Source: Frankiaceae bacterium
GTDB lineage: Bacteria > Actinomycetota > Actinomycetes > Frankiales > Frankiaceae
Length of the DNA: 64,000 nucleotides
Reading direction: 5' to 3'
Assembly: GCA_035468175.1 (NCBI GenBank)
Contig: DATITC010000016.1
Coordinates: 8,547 to 72,546 of the forward strand
Shown piece by piece: positions 54,275 to 64,000 of the stretch. A program made the position numbers and the translations under genes. The notes below the pieces were generated by a model. It saw only the letters and a program-made list of their open reading frames with translations, was not told the DNA's origin and did not search any database. Numbering within the stretch: position 1 is the first letter of the stretch; every line of letters starts with the position of its first letter.

Positions 54275-55405
54275 TCAGCTGGTAACCGTCCGGGTCGGCG
54301 ACGACACGGCGGGGAAGCCGGTTCCGGCGGCACCAGCGGCGACCCGGAACTGGTAGGTCGTCGTAGCGTTCTGGGTGAGGGCGAAGAACGCGTTGCCGTC
54401 TCCGGCGGTCTGCCCGGAGCCGATCTGGCTGTATGTGGTCTGACCGACGACCTTGCGCCACAACGTGAACGTCTTGCCCGCCAGCGGAGTGTTTGTCCGG
54501 GTGTCGACGAGCGTGCCGTAGAGCCACAGCGGGTGGCCCTTGGGCACGGACGGGGCGGCCGTCAGCGAGAGTGACGCCGCCGGCTTGGCCGTCGTCACCG
54601 GCGTGTTCGGAGCGCCGACGTAGGCGAAGGTGTCCAGGACGTTCCGCGTGCCGTGGAACCAGTTGCCGTCGACCCCGCCGGAGATGCCGCTGATCCTGGC
54701 CGCGTCGGTGTACTGCCACACGGTCGAGAAGCCGAAGTCGCCGAACAGGTTCGGGCCGGTGGCCGGCGGGTTGTAGTCCGCGACCCAGACCGGGTACCGG
54801 GAGAAGCCCGACGGGTTCCCCATGTAGCCGTTCCAGAACCACGGGCCGCTGTAGACCATCGGCGTCCTGCCGCTGGCCGCCTCGAGCGAGCTGAGGAATG
54901 TCTTCGTCCAGGCCGTCACGTTCGCAGCGGACAGGCCACCGGTGGCCTCGATGTCCAGCACCGGCGGCAGGGCGCCGGCCACTCGGACGTTGCCCATCTG
55001 AGCGGCGAATCCTCGGGCGTCGCTAGTGGCCGTGGACAGCGGCAGCCGCGGACGGGCGAAGTGGTACCCGGTGGCCCGCAGTCCGGCAGCGCGAGCGCCG
55101 GCCAGGTCGCCGCCGGCGTACGGGTTGGTGTAGCCCGCGCCTTCGCTCACCTTCACGAATGCGAACGCTGCGCCGCCGGCCTTGACCGAGGCCCAGTTGA
55201 TGCCTGCCCCGTTCGGGTGCTGGTAGCTGGCGACGTCGACGCCGAACACGTTCTTCGCGTACGGGCCGGTGAGCGGACCGGTGGTCCCGAGCGAGCTGGG
55301 CGGCGGGGTGCATCCCGCGGCGACGACGGCCAGGCCGAGGCCCGCGACGACGAGTGCGGAGCGACGTCGGACCCGGGAAGGGTCGGGACGGAGGAACGAG
55401 AACAT
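54275..55405 (-). CDS. GH25 family lysozyme (muramidase), probable lipoprotein, with a C-terminal beta-rich domain
   Basis: FGVDVASYQHPNGAGINW...FAFVKVSEG...GYHFARP...VLDIE GH25 blocks. ATG 55405 after GAGAGG. Lipobox LAVVAAGC. Lies inside track ORF 54275..55603. Confidence 0.85.
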   Translation of the reverse strand: MFSFLRPDPSRVRRRSALVVAGLGLAVVAAGCTPPPSSLGTTGPLTGPYAKNVFGVDVASYQHPNGAGINWASVKAGGAAFAFVKVSEGAGYTNPYAGGDLAGARAAGLRATGYHFARPRLPLSTATSDARGFAAQMGNVRVAGALPPVLDIEATGGLSAANVTAWTKTFLSSLEAASGRTPMVYSGPWFWNGYMGNPSGFSRYPVWVADYNPPATGPNLFGDFGFSTVWQYTDAARISGISGGVDGNWFHGTRNVLDTFAYVGAPNTPVTTAKPAASLSLTAAPSVPKGHPLWLYGTLVDTRTNTPLAGKTFTLWRKVVGQTTYSQIGSGQTAGDGNAFFALTQNATTTYQFRVAAGAAGTGFPAVSSPTRTVTS

Positions 55406-55526
55406 GAGAGAACCTCTCGGAAAGGCCGAGCCCAAGGCGGATACGCAGGAGCGAACAGCGGGCGAAAGGTGCTTACGCAACTTGATAAAGGTGGTCGGCC
55501 CGTAGTTGCTGCGCCTGTAGGAGTAG

Positions 55527-56498
<972 letters not shown>

Positions 56499-56632
56499 GC
56501 GGCGGAACCTCCGAGGCCGACCGCGGCACGCCGCCAGAGACTCTTTTCGCAGGTGGGGTGGCCCGTTCGGCGTTGAGCAACCACCCCAATTGACCAGAGG
56601 TTGCGGACGGGCCTTCGGGTAGAACTGGCCCT

Positions 56633-57058
56633 GTGAACGCGTCGCCGGCCGAGCAGCTCCGGCTACCCCTTCGCGTGCTCGTCGCGGACGATGCGGACGG
56701 GGTGCGGGAACTCGTGATGCTGCTGCTCGACATGGAAAACGACTTCACCGTCGTCGGTCAGGCGCGGGACGGCGTCGAAGCGGTCGACCGGGCCCGCGAC
56801 CTGCAGCCCGACCTCGTCGTCCTGGACATCTCCATGCCGCGGCTCGACGGCATCACAGCCATCCCCCGCATCCTCAACGCGTCGCCCACCAGCCGCGTCG
56901 CCCTGTTCACCGGCATGGCGGAGGTGAGCGTCGAGGCGGAAGCCCGGCGGGCCGGGGCCGATGCGGTCCTGCCCAAGGAACTCGGCGCCACCACCCTCGT
57001 GGACCGGCTCCGAGAGGTCTGCCGCGGTCCACGCGGACGGATGCCCAGCTCGGCCTGA
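56633..57058 (+). CDS. stand-alone response-regulator receiver protein
   Basis: RVLVADDADGVRE...DLVVLDISMPRLDG...TGM..A...GADAVLPK REC-domain residues. No output domain and no adjacent kinase. Confidence 0.85.
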   Translation: MNASPAEQLRLPLRVLVADDADGVRELVMLLLDMENDFTVVGQARDGVEAVDRARDLQPDLVVLDISMPRLDGITAIPRILNASPTSRVALFTGMAEVSVEAEARRAGADAVLPKELGATTLVDRLREVCRGPRGRMPSSA

Positions 57059-57080
57059 CCCGGCTTGCTCGGCGACGGAC

Positions 57081-58100
57081 TCAGGCGGCGTCGCTCTTGT
57101 GTCCAGGGTCGCTGCTGTGGCCGGGGAAGACCTTGGCGGACGGGTCGACGACGGGTGCGGCATTGTTCACCGCCGTCGCGACCTCGCCGAAGCCGGTCGC
57201 GATGAGTCGGACCTTGCCCTCGTAGTCGGTGATGTCGCCGGCCGCGAAGATGCGTTCGACGCCCGTCCACATCCGGGTGTCGACAACGATGTGCCGCTTG
57301 TCGATCGTGAGGCCCCAGCGGGTCAGGGGGCCGAGGTCGGCGGTGAAGCCGAGAGCGGCGACCACGCCTTGGACCTCGAGCCGTCGGGTCTCGCCGGTCT
57401 TGGCGTCCTTGAGTGTGACGCCCCGGATGTCGTCGTCGCCGTGGACCTCGTGAACCTCGTGGAAGGTCAGGATCTCGGTGCCGGAATCGGTCACCTTCGA
57501 GACGGTGTGCTCGTGCGCGCGGAACTTGTCCCGGCGGTGGACGAGCGTGATGGAGCGGGCGACGCCGTCCAACGAGAGCGCCCAGTCGAAAGCGCTGTCG
57601 CCGCCACCGACGATCAGGACGTCCTTGTCCTCGTAGGCAGCAAGGGTCGGGACGAAGTAGACCAACCCGCGGCCGAGGTACTCGGAGCCGACGGGGAGCG
57701 GTCGCGGGGTGAACGTTCCGAGGCCGCCGGTGATGATGACCGCCTTCGCGGCCACGCGTAGACCGGCCGTGCTCGTGACGACGACGGCACCAGGGACCCC
57801 GCCGTCCTCGTTCTCGTGCGTGAGCTCAGCAGCCTGCTCGTCCAACAGGTAGCGCGGGGAGAAGGTGTCCGCCTGCTCGACGAGGTTCTTCACCAGGTCG
57901 CGGCCGCGGATGGCGGGGAACCCGGCGACGTCGTAGATGACCTTCTCCGGGTACATGGCGCTGATCTGGCCGCCCGGCTCGGGCAGCGAATCTATGATTG
58001 CCACGGTCATCCCGCGGAAGCCGGCGTAGTAGGCGCCGAACAACCCCGCGGGTCCGGCACCGACGATCAGCATGTCGACGGCGACGTCCGGCTCGCTCAC
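57081..58100 (-). CDS. ferredoxin-NADP+ reductase, thioredoxin-reductase-like type
   Basis: [19 protein letters not shown]...DSLPEPGGQ...[16 protein letters not shown] 58100. The 117 codons further upstream in the track ORF are antisense to the Q/G/Y repeat gene. Confidence 0.85.
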   Translation of the reverse strand: MSEPDVAVDMLIVGAGPAGLFGAYYAGFRGMTVAIIDSLPEPGGQISAMYPEKVIYDVAGFPAIRGRDLVKNLVEQADTFSPRYLLDEQAAELTHENEDGGVPGAVVVTSTAGLRVAAKAVIITGGLGTFTPRPLPVGSEYLGRGLVYFVPTLAAYEDKDVLIVGGGDSAFDWALSLDGVARSITLVHRRDKFRAHEHTVSKVTDSGTEILTFHEVHEVHGDDDIRGVTLKDAKTGETRRLEVQGVVAALGFTADLGPLTRWGLTIDKRHIVVDTRMWTGVERIFAAGDITDYEGKVRLIATGFGEVATAVNNAAPVVDPSAKVFPGHSSDPGHKSDAA

Positions 58101-58231
58101 GTGTGGACCGTAACCCGGCTCAGACCGCGGGAGCGACGCATTCTGCGCAGATGTGCGTGGCGGTTGAGCGTTGGCGGGGGAACATGGCACCGGCAGAGGG
58201 GTTTCCCGGGCGTCGAGCAGAGGAGACGGCG

Positions 58232-58780
58232 ATGAGCGAGAGCGGCTCGGGTGGGTACTTCGACAAGCCGTCGTCGGGCGACCAAGGCGGCCAGCAGGGT
58301 TACGGGCAGGGGTGCGGCCAACAGCCCGGCTACGGCGAGCAGCAGGGGTACGGCCAGCAGGGGTACGGCCAGCAGCCCTATGGCCAGCAGCCTGACTACG
58401 GCCAGCAGGGGTACGGCCAGCAGCCTGACTACGGACAGCCGGGGTACGCACAGCAGCCGTACGGCCAGCAGGGCTACGGCCAGCAGCCCTACGGCTACGG
58501 CTACCCGCCGGCTAGCCGCACCAACGGGATGGCCATCGCGTCCCTCGTGCTCGGCATCCTCTGGCTCTACTGGGTCGGCAGCATCCTCGCGCTCGTCTTC
58601 GGCTACATCGCCCGCTCGCAGATCAAGCAGCGCGGCGAGACGGGCGACGGGATGGCGATCGCTGGCATCGTGCTCGGCTGGATCGGCGTCGGGATCGCCA
58701 TCATCGTGATCATCGTTGCGATCGCGGTGTCCGGGAGTTCCTCGACCAGCTACACGCCGCCGCTGCCGCTCGGTGGCTGA
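58232..58780 (+). CDS. DUF4190-like membrane protein with a Gln/Gly/Tyr-rich repetitive N-terminus
   Basis: ATG 58232 after AGGAGA. (QQGYGQQP)n repeats followed by [35 protein letters not shown]. Confidence 0.75.
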   Translation: MSESGSGGYFDKPSSGDQGGQQGYGQGCGQQPGYGEQQGYGQQGYGQQPYGQQPDYGQQGYGQQPDYGQPGYAQQPYGQQGYGQQPYGYGYPPASRTNGMAIASLVLGILWLYWVGSILALVFGYIARSQIKQRGETGDGMAIAGIVLGWIGVGIAIIVIIVAIAVSGSSSTSYTPPLPLGG

Positions 58781-58820
58781 TCCCGCCCCGGCGCGACCCG
58801 GGCCTCCGTACGATCGGGGA

Positions 58821-59990
58821 GTGAGCCTCGCCTCGACCGGCATCGACGCACTTCTCGACCGAGCGGCCGATGGTGGCCGCATCAACCCGGAGGAGGCGCT
58901 GCGCCTCTACCGGGAGGCGCCGTTCCACGCCCTCGGGCGGGCGGCGGACACCGTGCGCCGTCGGCGTTTCGCGGACACCGCGGACATCGCGACGTACCTG
59001 ATCGACCGCAACATCAACTACACCAACGTCTGCGTGACGGCCTGCAAGTTCTGCGCTTTCTACCGGCCGCCCAAGCACGCCGAGGGCTGGGTGCGCGACC
59101 TCGATGAGATCCTCGCCCGCTGCAGCGAGGCGGTCGAGCTCGGGGCCACGCAGATCATGCTGCAGGGCGGGCACCACCCGGGCTTCGGCATCGAGTGGTA
59201 CGAGGAGACGTTCGCGGCGATCAAGCGGTCCTACCCGACGCTGGCGCTGCACTCGCTCGGCGGCTCCGAGGTCGTGCACATCGGCAAGGTTTCCGGCCTC
59301 CCCCACCGTGAGGTGATCCGTCGGCTGGCGGCCGCCGGGCTCGACTCGTTCGCCGGGGCCGGTGCCGAGATCCTCGTCGCCCGTCCCCGCGCCGCGATCG
59401 CCCCGCTCAAGGAGCCCGGCGAGCTGTGGCTGTCGGTGATGGAGACCGCCCACGAGCTGGGGGTCGAGTCGACGGCGACCTTCATGATGGGCACCGGCGA
59501 GACCGACGCCGAGCGCATCGAGCACCTGCGGATGATTCGCGACGTGCAGGACCGCACCGGCGGCTTCCGGTCGTTCATCCCGTGGACCTACCAGCCCGAG
59601 AACAATCACCTGAAGGGCCGCACCCAGGCTACGGTCTTCGACTACCTGCGCCTGGTCGCGGTGGCGCGGCTGTTCTTCGACAACGTGGCCCACCTGCAGG
59701 GTTCCTGGCTGACCACCGGCAAGGAAGCCGGTCAGCTGACGCTGCACATGGGCGCGGACGACCTCGGCTCGGTGATGCTCGAGGAGAACGTCGTCTCCTC
59801 CGCGGGCGCCAAGCACCGGTCGAATCGGCAGGAGCTCATCGAGCTGATCCGCTCCGCCGGCCGCGTCCCGGCGCAGCGCGACACGCTCTACCGGCACCTG
59901 ACGGTCCACCGCGATCCCGCCGAGGATCCGGTGACACCGAACGTGCGCTCACACGTCAGCTCCACCGCGCTGCAGCTGACCCCCACCTGA
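58821..59990 (+). CDS. mqnC: cyclic dehypoxanthinyl futalosine synthase (radical SAM)
   Basis: IDRNINYTNVCVTACKFCAFYR CxxxCxxC motif. GTG 58821 lies inside track ORF 58716..59990. Confidence 0.85.
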   Translation: MSLASTGIDALLDRAADGGRINPEEALRLYREAPFHALGRAADTVRRRRFADTADIATYLIDRNINYTNVCVTACKFCAFYRPPKHAEGWVRDLDEILARCSEAVELGATQIMLQGGHHPGFGIEWYEETFAAIKRSYPTLALHSLGGSEVVHIGKVSGLPHREVIRRLAAAGLDSFAGAGAEILVARPRAAIAPLKEPGELWLSVMETAHELGVESTATFMMGTGETDAERIEHLRMIRDVQDRTGGFRSFIPWTYQPENNHLKGRTQATVFDYLRLVAVARLFFDNVAHLQGSWLTTGKEAGQLTLHMGADDLGSVMLEENVVSSAGAKHRSNRQELIELIRSAGRVPAQRDTLYRHLTVHRDPAEDPVTPNVRSHVSSTALQLTPT

Positions 59991-60015
59991 CCCCCATCGT
60001 CAGCGCCTGGCGTGG

Positions 60016-60942
60016 TCAGAGGCCGGGCAGACGCTTACGAGATCCCAGGGCGCGCCGCAATTGACTCGCGACGCGTGCTGGTTGCAGGCGCACCCTGGTC
60101 GCGGTGAAGTGCAGCACTGCGCTGCCACCGATTGTCAGTTCGTTGGTGCGGTCGAGATCGCGGTCCCATTGGCTTGCCTGCATGTGGTGGGCACCGTCGA
60201 TCTCGACTCCGACCTCGCGGCCGTCCGGCCCCACGAGAAGGGCGTCGAGATATCGTCGTCGTCCATCGCCGTCCGTCCGTATGGCCTGCCGGAGCGGCTC
60301 CGGAAGCCCGAAGCGGCGGCAGAGCGAGCCGAAGTCGATCTCGGACAGAGCCTGCGCGCCGCCTTCGACGTCGTTGAGGACGCTACGGAGCAGTGGGGCA
60401 TGGCGAATGGCACCGGCGCGGTCCAGCGCGTCCCGCAGCTGGGGCACCGACGCAAGTCCCTGTTGGACGACTGCCGTCACGAGGCCGGCGGCGGTGCGTG
60501 GAGGACGACTCCACGTCGCTGCGTCGATGGTCGCCCGAGCGACAGAGGTCCGCGGCGGCGAGGCGGCGGCGATGTCCGACTCGGCGAACGTCCGGGACTG
60601 ATGAGCGACGACGTCGACGTCGACCAGGTCGGTCAGCCGCCCGCCCAGCGGCACCAGCACGTGAACGGGATCAACCGCCCAATTCTTGAGCCCGCCCAGC
60701 TCCAGCGCGGTACGGCCGGCGAGTGCAGCTCCCACTCCACCCGCGAGGACGACCGCCCAGTGCTGCTGTGATGGGGTCATCGGTCCGTTGTGCAGGCAGA
60801 TCACAGTGGACGAAACTGCTCGCCAACGCCGCGCCTCGAGTTGGGCCCGCAAGCGCCCCTCGGTAACGAGCGTGAGGACCTGATCCCGTCGGGCCACGCA
60901 GTCCTGCTTTGTCGCGAGCTCGCCGACTGACGCGAAGTTCAT
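60016..60942 (-). CDS. AbiEi-like N-terminal / DUF559 (Vsr-endonuclease-fold) C-terminal domain protein
   Basis: ATG 60942. C-terminus RRRYLDALLVGPDGREVGVEIDGAHHMQASQWDRDLDRTNELTIGGSAVLHFT is typical of DUF559. The rest of track ORF 60016..62277 is antisense to the amidohydrolase gene. Lower GC by eye. Confidence 0.7.
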   Translation of the reverse strand: MNFASVGELATKQDCVARRDQVLTLVTEGRLRAQLEARRWRAVSSTVICLHNGPMTPSQQHWAVVLAGGVGAALAGRTALELGGLKNWAVDPVHVLVPLGGRLTDLVDVDVVAHQSRTFAESDIAAASPPRTSVARATIDAATWSRPPRTAAGLVTAVVQQGLASVPQLRDALDRAGAIRHAPLLRSVLNDVEGGAQALSEIDFGSLCRRFGLPEPLRQAIRTDGDGRRRYLDALLVGPDGREVGVEIDGAHHMQASQWDRDLDRTNELTIGGSAVLHFTATRVRLQPARVASQLRRALGSRKRLPGL

Positions 60943-61017
60943 CGGGACAGCCTGATGGGTTTTCGATGCTTGCTGTCCGCGCTGTGGACACCGCGTTAGC
61001 CGCCTACGCGGTTCTGG

Positions 61018-62250
61018 GTGCGGGAGAGGCTGACGATTCGGATGGGGTTGGATGAACCGGTGATCGTCCGCGGGCGCTGGGTGCTGCCGATCGGGTCCGA
61101 GCCGCTCCGTGATGCCGAGGTCGTGATCGAGGGCGAGCGGATCACCGAGATCCGTCCGGCCACCGGCGAGGTCCCGCCGCACGTGGTGACGCCCGGCCTC
61201 GTCAACGCGCACGCGCACCTGCAGTACGGCCCGAGCTTCGCCGACCTCGCCGACGGCGACCTGCCCTTCGCCCGCTGGATCGCGCAGATGATCCAGCGAC
61301 GGGCGGCGACCAGCCACGAGGGTTGGCGGGCCGAGACTGCGGCCAGCTGGCGACTGGCGCGGGCCGCCGGGACGACCGCCGTGTCCGACGTCGTCAGCAA
61401 CACCGCGGCGCTCGACGTCGACGTGCCCGGCGTCCGGTTCGTCGAGTCGGTGGGCGTGCACAGCCCGGACTGGCCCGCCGAACGGACGCGCCTGCTCGCG
61501 GCACTCGAGGGTCATCCCGACGCGGCGCCGGCCCCGCACACGCTCTACACGCTCGGTACCGACGTGGTGCGTGGGATCGCCGAGCTCGGGCGGGAGCGCG
61601 ACCTCCGGCTCCACCTGCACCTCGCGGAGACCGCGGACGAGACGGAGTTCGTCCGGAGCGGGAGCGGACCGCTCGCCGCGCTGCCGTTCAGCGCCGAGAT
61701 GGAACTCGTGCGGCAGGGCGGGGCCGGGCTGTCGCCGGCGCGCTACCTCGACGAGATCTTCGGCCTCGGCCCCGACCTCCACGTCGCCCACGGGGTGCAT
61801 CTCGACGCCGACGACCGGGCGCTGCTGCGAGCGAAGGGGACCTCGGTGGCGCTCTGCGCCCGTTCCAACGCGATCCTGCAGGCCGGGGAGCCCCCGATTG
61901 CCGCTCACCTCGAGGAGGGCACCCTCTTCTGCGTCGGCACCGATTCGCTCGCCTCGTCGCCGTCGCTCGACCTCCTGGACGAGCTGCGAGCACTCGGGGC
62001 GCTGGCCCGCCGGCAGGGCTACGACCGCGACGACCTCGCCCGTCGGCTGCTGGAAGCGGCCACGATCGGCGGTGCCCGAGCGATCGGTCGAGCCGCCGGG
62101 GTGCTCGCGCCGGGGGCCCGCGCGGACGTCGCGGTCTTCGCGGTCGACGACCCGGACGGACCCGATCCGTACGAATCCGTGGTCCGTTCCGGCCGCTGCG
62201 TGCAGACGCTCGTCGCCGGGACGAACGGGGACGGCCGCGACGACGGCTAG
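61018..62250 (+). CDS. amidohydrolase family protein (possible aminofutalosine deaminase)
   Basis: [12 protein letters not shown] HxH metal motif and ...LHLHLAET...VAHGVHL...GTDSLAS. Alternative ATG start at 61042. Confidence 0.75.
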   Translation: MRERLTIRMGLDEPVIVRGRWVLPIGSEPLRDAEVVIEGERITEIRPATGEVPPHVVTPGLVNAHAHLQYGPSFADLADGDLPFARWIAQMIQRRAATSHEGWRAETAASWRLARAAGTTAVSDVVSNTAALDVDVPGVRFVESVGVHSPDWPAERTRLLAALEGHPDAAPAPHTLYTLGTDVVRGIAELGRERDLRLHLHLAETADETEFVRSGSGPLAALPFSAEMELVRQGGAGLSPARYLDEIFGLGPDLHVAHGVHLDADDRALLRAKGTSVALCARSNAILQAGEPPIAAHLEEGTLFCVGTDSLASSPSLDLLDELRALGALARRQGYDRDDLARRLLEAATIGGARAIGRAAGVLAPGARADVAVFAVDDPDGPDPYESVVRSGRCVQTLVAGTNGDGRDDG

Positions 62251-62260
62251 CTCCGGCAGG

Positions 62261-63031
62261 ATGGGTTCCGTGCCCACCCGTGCCTCTCTCGAGAAGCGCC
62301 CGGCCGAGGTGGCCGCGATGTTCGACGGCGTCGCGCGGCGCTACGACCTGACCAACACGGTCCTGTCCCTCGGGCAGGATCGCCGGTGGCGGCACCTGGT
62401 CACGGCCGCGATCAGACCGCAGCCGGGCGAGCGAATCCTCGACCTCGCTGCCGGCACGGCGACCAGCAGCGTGCCGCTCACCGCCACCGGGGCGACCGTC
62501 GTCGCGGCCGACTTCAGCCTCGGCATGTTGCAGCAGGGCGCCCGCCGACTCGCGGGCCGGCCGCACGAGTCGCTCACCCTCACCGCGGCCGACGGTCTGC
62601 GCCTTCCGTTCCGCGACGGCGTGTTCGACGCGGTCACGATCTCCTTCGGCCTCCGCAACACCGCCGATCCTGGTGCCTGCCTCGCCGAGCTGCTACGCGT
62701 CACACGCCCTGGCGGTCGGGTCGTGGTGTGCGAGTTCAGCGTCCCGACGTTCGCTCCGTTCCGGGCCGTCTACCGGGACTACCTGATGCGCGCGCTGCCC
62801 GCGATCGCCCGTCGGGTCAGCAGCAACCCGGACGCCTACGTCTACCTGGCGGAGTCGATCCGAGCCTGGCCCGACCAGAGCGGACTGGCCGACGTGCTGC
62901 TCCGGGCGGGCTGGGAGGACGTCGCGTGGCGCGACCTCTCCGGCGGCATCGTGGCTCTTCATCGCGCTCGACGGCCCGCGGGGGCGCCGGACCCGCTTCT
63001 TGCGGCCTACACTGATCTGCGGAGTTCGTGA
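62261..63031 (+). CDS. menG: demethylmenaquinone methyltransferase
   Basis: [28 protein letters not shown]...ILDLAAGTA...ISFGLRN UbiE/MenG signature. Tail of track ORF 61571..63031. Confidence 0.9.
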   Translation: MGSVPTRASLEKRPAEVAAMFDGVARRYDLTNTVLSLGQDRRWRHLVTAAIRPQPGERILDLAAGTATSSVPLTATGATVVAADFSLGMLQQGARRLAGRPHESLTLTAADGLRLPFRDGVFDAVTISFGLRNTADPGACLAELLRVTRPGGRVVVCEFSVPTFAPFRAVYRDYLMRALPAIARRVSSNPDAYVYLAESIRAWPDQSGLADVLLRAGWEDVAWRDLSGGIVALHRARRPAGAPDPLLAAYTDLRSS

Positions 63032-63043
63032 ACGGTTTCACAA
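63026..63043. promoter_or_regulatory. candidate Rex operator (ROP)
   Basis: TCGTGAACGGTTTCACAA matches the remembered ROP consensus TTGTGAACGCGTTCACAA at 15 of 18 positions. The GTGAA / TTCAC half-sites and the spacing are intact. It overlaps the menG stop codon, 65-80 nt upstream of the reductase start. Confidence 0.55.
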
Positions 63044-63107
63044 AGTGGTTTGGCAGGGTTTGTCCGGATTGCTGGACATGTCAATACCGAGCGCAGAAGA
63101 GGCAGAG

Positions 63108-64000
63108 ATGAGCGCGTCGATCGAGACGGGCGCCGCCGGGTCCGAGGTCCGGACCTTCGGCAGCAGCCGTCGTGTCGACGTCTCTCGCGAGGCCGATGCC
63201 GACGTCATCGTCGTCGGGGCCGGCCCCGGCGGGTCGACCGCCGCCTACCACCTGGCCCGCGCCGGTCTCGACGTCCTGTTGCTGGAGAAAACGACCTTCC
63301 CGCGGGAGAAGGTCTGCGGCGACGGCCTCACCCCGCGCGCGGTGCGCAGCCTCATCGCGATGGGCGTCGACACCCGGGACTGGCCGCACAACCAGGGTCT
63401 GCGGATCATCGGCGGCAACCACCGGCTGGAGTTGCCGTGGCCGGATCTCGCGAGCTACCCCGCCTACGGCCTGGTCCGCACGCGGCACGACTTCGACGAG
63501 GTCCTCGCCCGGCACGCGCAGAAGGCCGGAGCGCGACTGCGCGAAGCGACCAACGTGACCGGTCCGCTGCTTGACGGTGCGGACGGCTCGGACGGGCGGG
63601 TGATCGGCGTCCGGACCAAGAGCGGCGAGACCTTCCGTGCCCCCCTGACGATCGCCGCCGACGGGGTCAGCGCGCGGATGGCACTCGGCAAGGGCATTCG
63701 TAAGCGCGACGACCGCCCGATGGGTGTCGCGGTCCGCGGCTACCTCAAGAGCGAGGCGCGCACCGCCGACGACTGGCTGGAGAGCCACCTCGAGCTGTGG
63801 GACGGCCCGCGCGAGCAGGGTCGCCTGCTCCCCGGCTACGGCTGGATCTTCGGGGTCGGCGACGGCACCGTGAACGTCGGGCTCGGGGTGCTCAACACCT
63901 CCGAGGCGTTCGGCAACGTCGACTACAAGGACCTGCTCCGACGCTGGCTCGAGGGCATCCCCGACCTCGCCGGCGTCGAACTCGACGGCCCGGTTCGCGG
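63108..64000 (+). CDS. geranylgeranyl reductase family FAD-dependent oxidoreductase (MenJ-like); 3' end outside the window
   Basis: Frame 3 is open to the window end (absent from the ORF track). DVIVVGAGPGGSTAAYHLARAGLDVLLLEK...KVCGDGLTPRA...GYGWIFG. ATG 63108 or ATG 63078. Confidence 0.85.
   Translation, partial: MSASIETGAAGSEVRTFGSSRRVDVSREADADVIVVGAGPGGSTAAYHLARAGLDVLLLEKTTFPREKVCGDGLTPRAVRSLIAMGVDTRDWPHNQGLRIIGGNHRLELPWPDLASYPAYGLVRTRHDFDEVLARHAQKAGARLREATNVTGPLLDGADGSDGRVIGVRTKSGETFRAPLTIAADGVSARMALGKGIRKRDDRPMGVAVRGYLKSEARTADDWLESHLELWDGPREQGRLLPGYGWIFGVGDGTVNVGLGVLNTSEAFGNVDYKDLLRRWLEGIPDLAGVELDGPVR

Noticed and set aside
58101-58451. N-terminal extension of the ferredoxin-NADP reductase ORF
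   Set aside because: The translation (repeated AGRTPAG... units) is the antisense reading of the Q/G/Y repeat gene. The Rossmann motif follows directly after GTG 58100.
60943-62277. Upper part of the 753-aa minus-strand ORF
   Set aside because: It is antisense to the amidohydrolase gene, which has clear HxH and other metal-binding motifs. The recognisable AbiEi/DUF559 protein starts at ATG 60942.

Overview
About 64 kb of very GC-rich Actinomycetota chromosome (third codon positions are almost all G/C; GC was not computed). It is densely coding, with roughly 70 genes, many joined by ATGA/GTGA stop-start overlaps. I saw no rRNA, tRNA, CRISPR array, transposase or integrase. From memory, gene order follows conserved actinobacterial blocks: (i) mshA, a YbjN-like gene and gpmA; (ii) ppx-like, sugar-phosphate isomerase, proC, bS22 microprotein, epimerase, acyltransferase and HAD-IB, in an order like M. 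tuberculosis Rv0486-Rv0505; (iii) a BldN-like ECF sigma factor with a DUF5667/RsbN-like partner beside rex-hemA-hemC-hemD-hemB, as in Streptomyces; (iv) a second ECF sigma/anti-sigma pair; (v) hemL, a histidine phosphatase, then tlpA-ccdA-resB-ccsB, interrupted by a Phd/RelE toxin-antitoxin cassette and a Streptomyces-type fasR-fabD-fabH-acpP-fabF(+fabI) operon; (vi) a dispersed futalosine-route menaquinone set (UbiD-like, UbiA-like, ubiX, mqnE, mqnA, mqnC, amidohydrolase, menG, geranylgeranyl reductase) mixed with unrelated genes. I found no clear-cut novel multi-gene system. The most unusual items are: a class-A PBP homologue with every catalytic motif of both domains substituted, next to the BldN-like module; unannotated micro-ORFs (bS22, a 53-aa Cys-rich protein coupled to an AhpD-like gene, a 32-aa ORF between the sigma gene and its partner, a 54-aa ORF coupled to acuC); a near-consensus Rex operator far from rex, at the menG/geranylgeranyl-reductase junction; short tandem repeats just upstream of start codons and tandem duplications across stop/start junctions; and two lower-GC insertions (the TA cassette and an AbiEi/DUF559-type gene). 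Many long ORFs in the track are antisense artefacts of the high GC content. All product calls rest on motif recognition by eye, not database searches.
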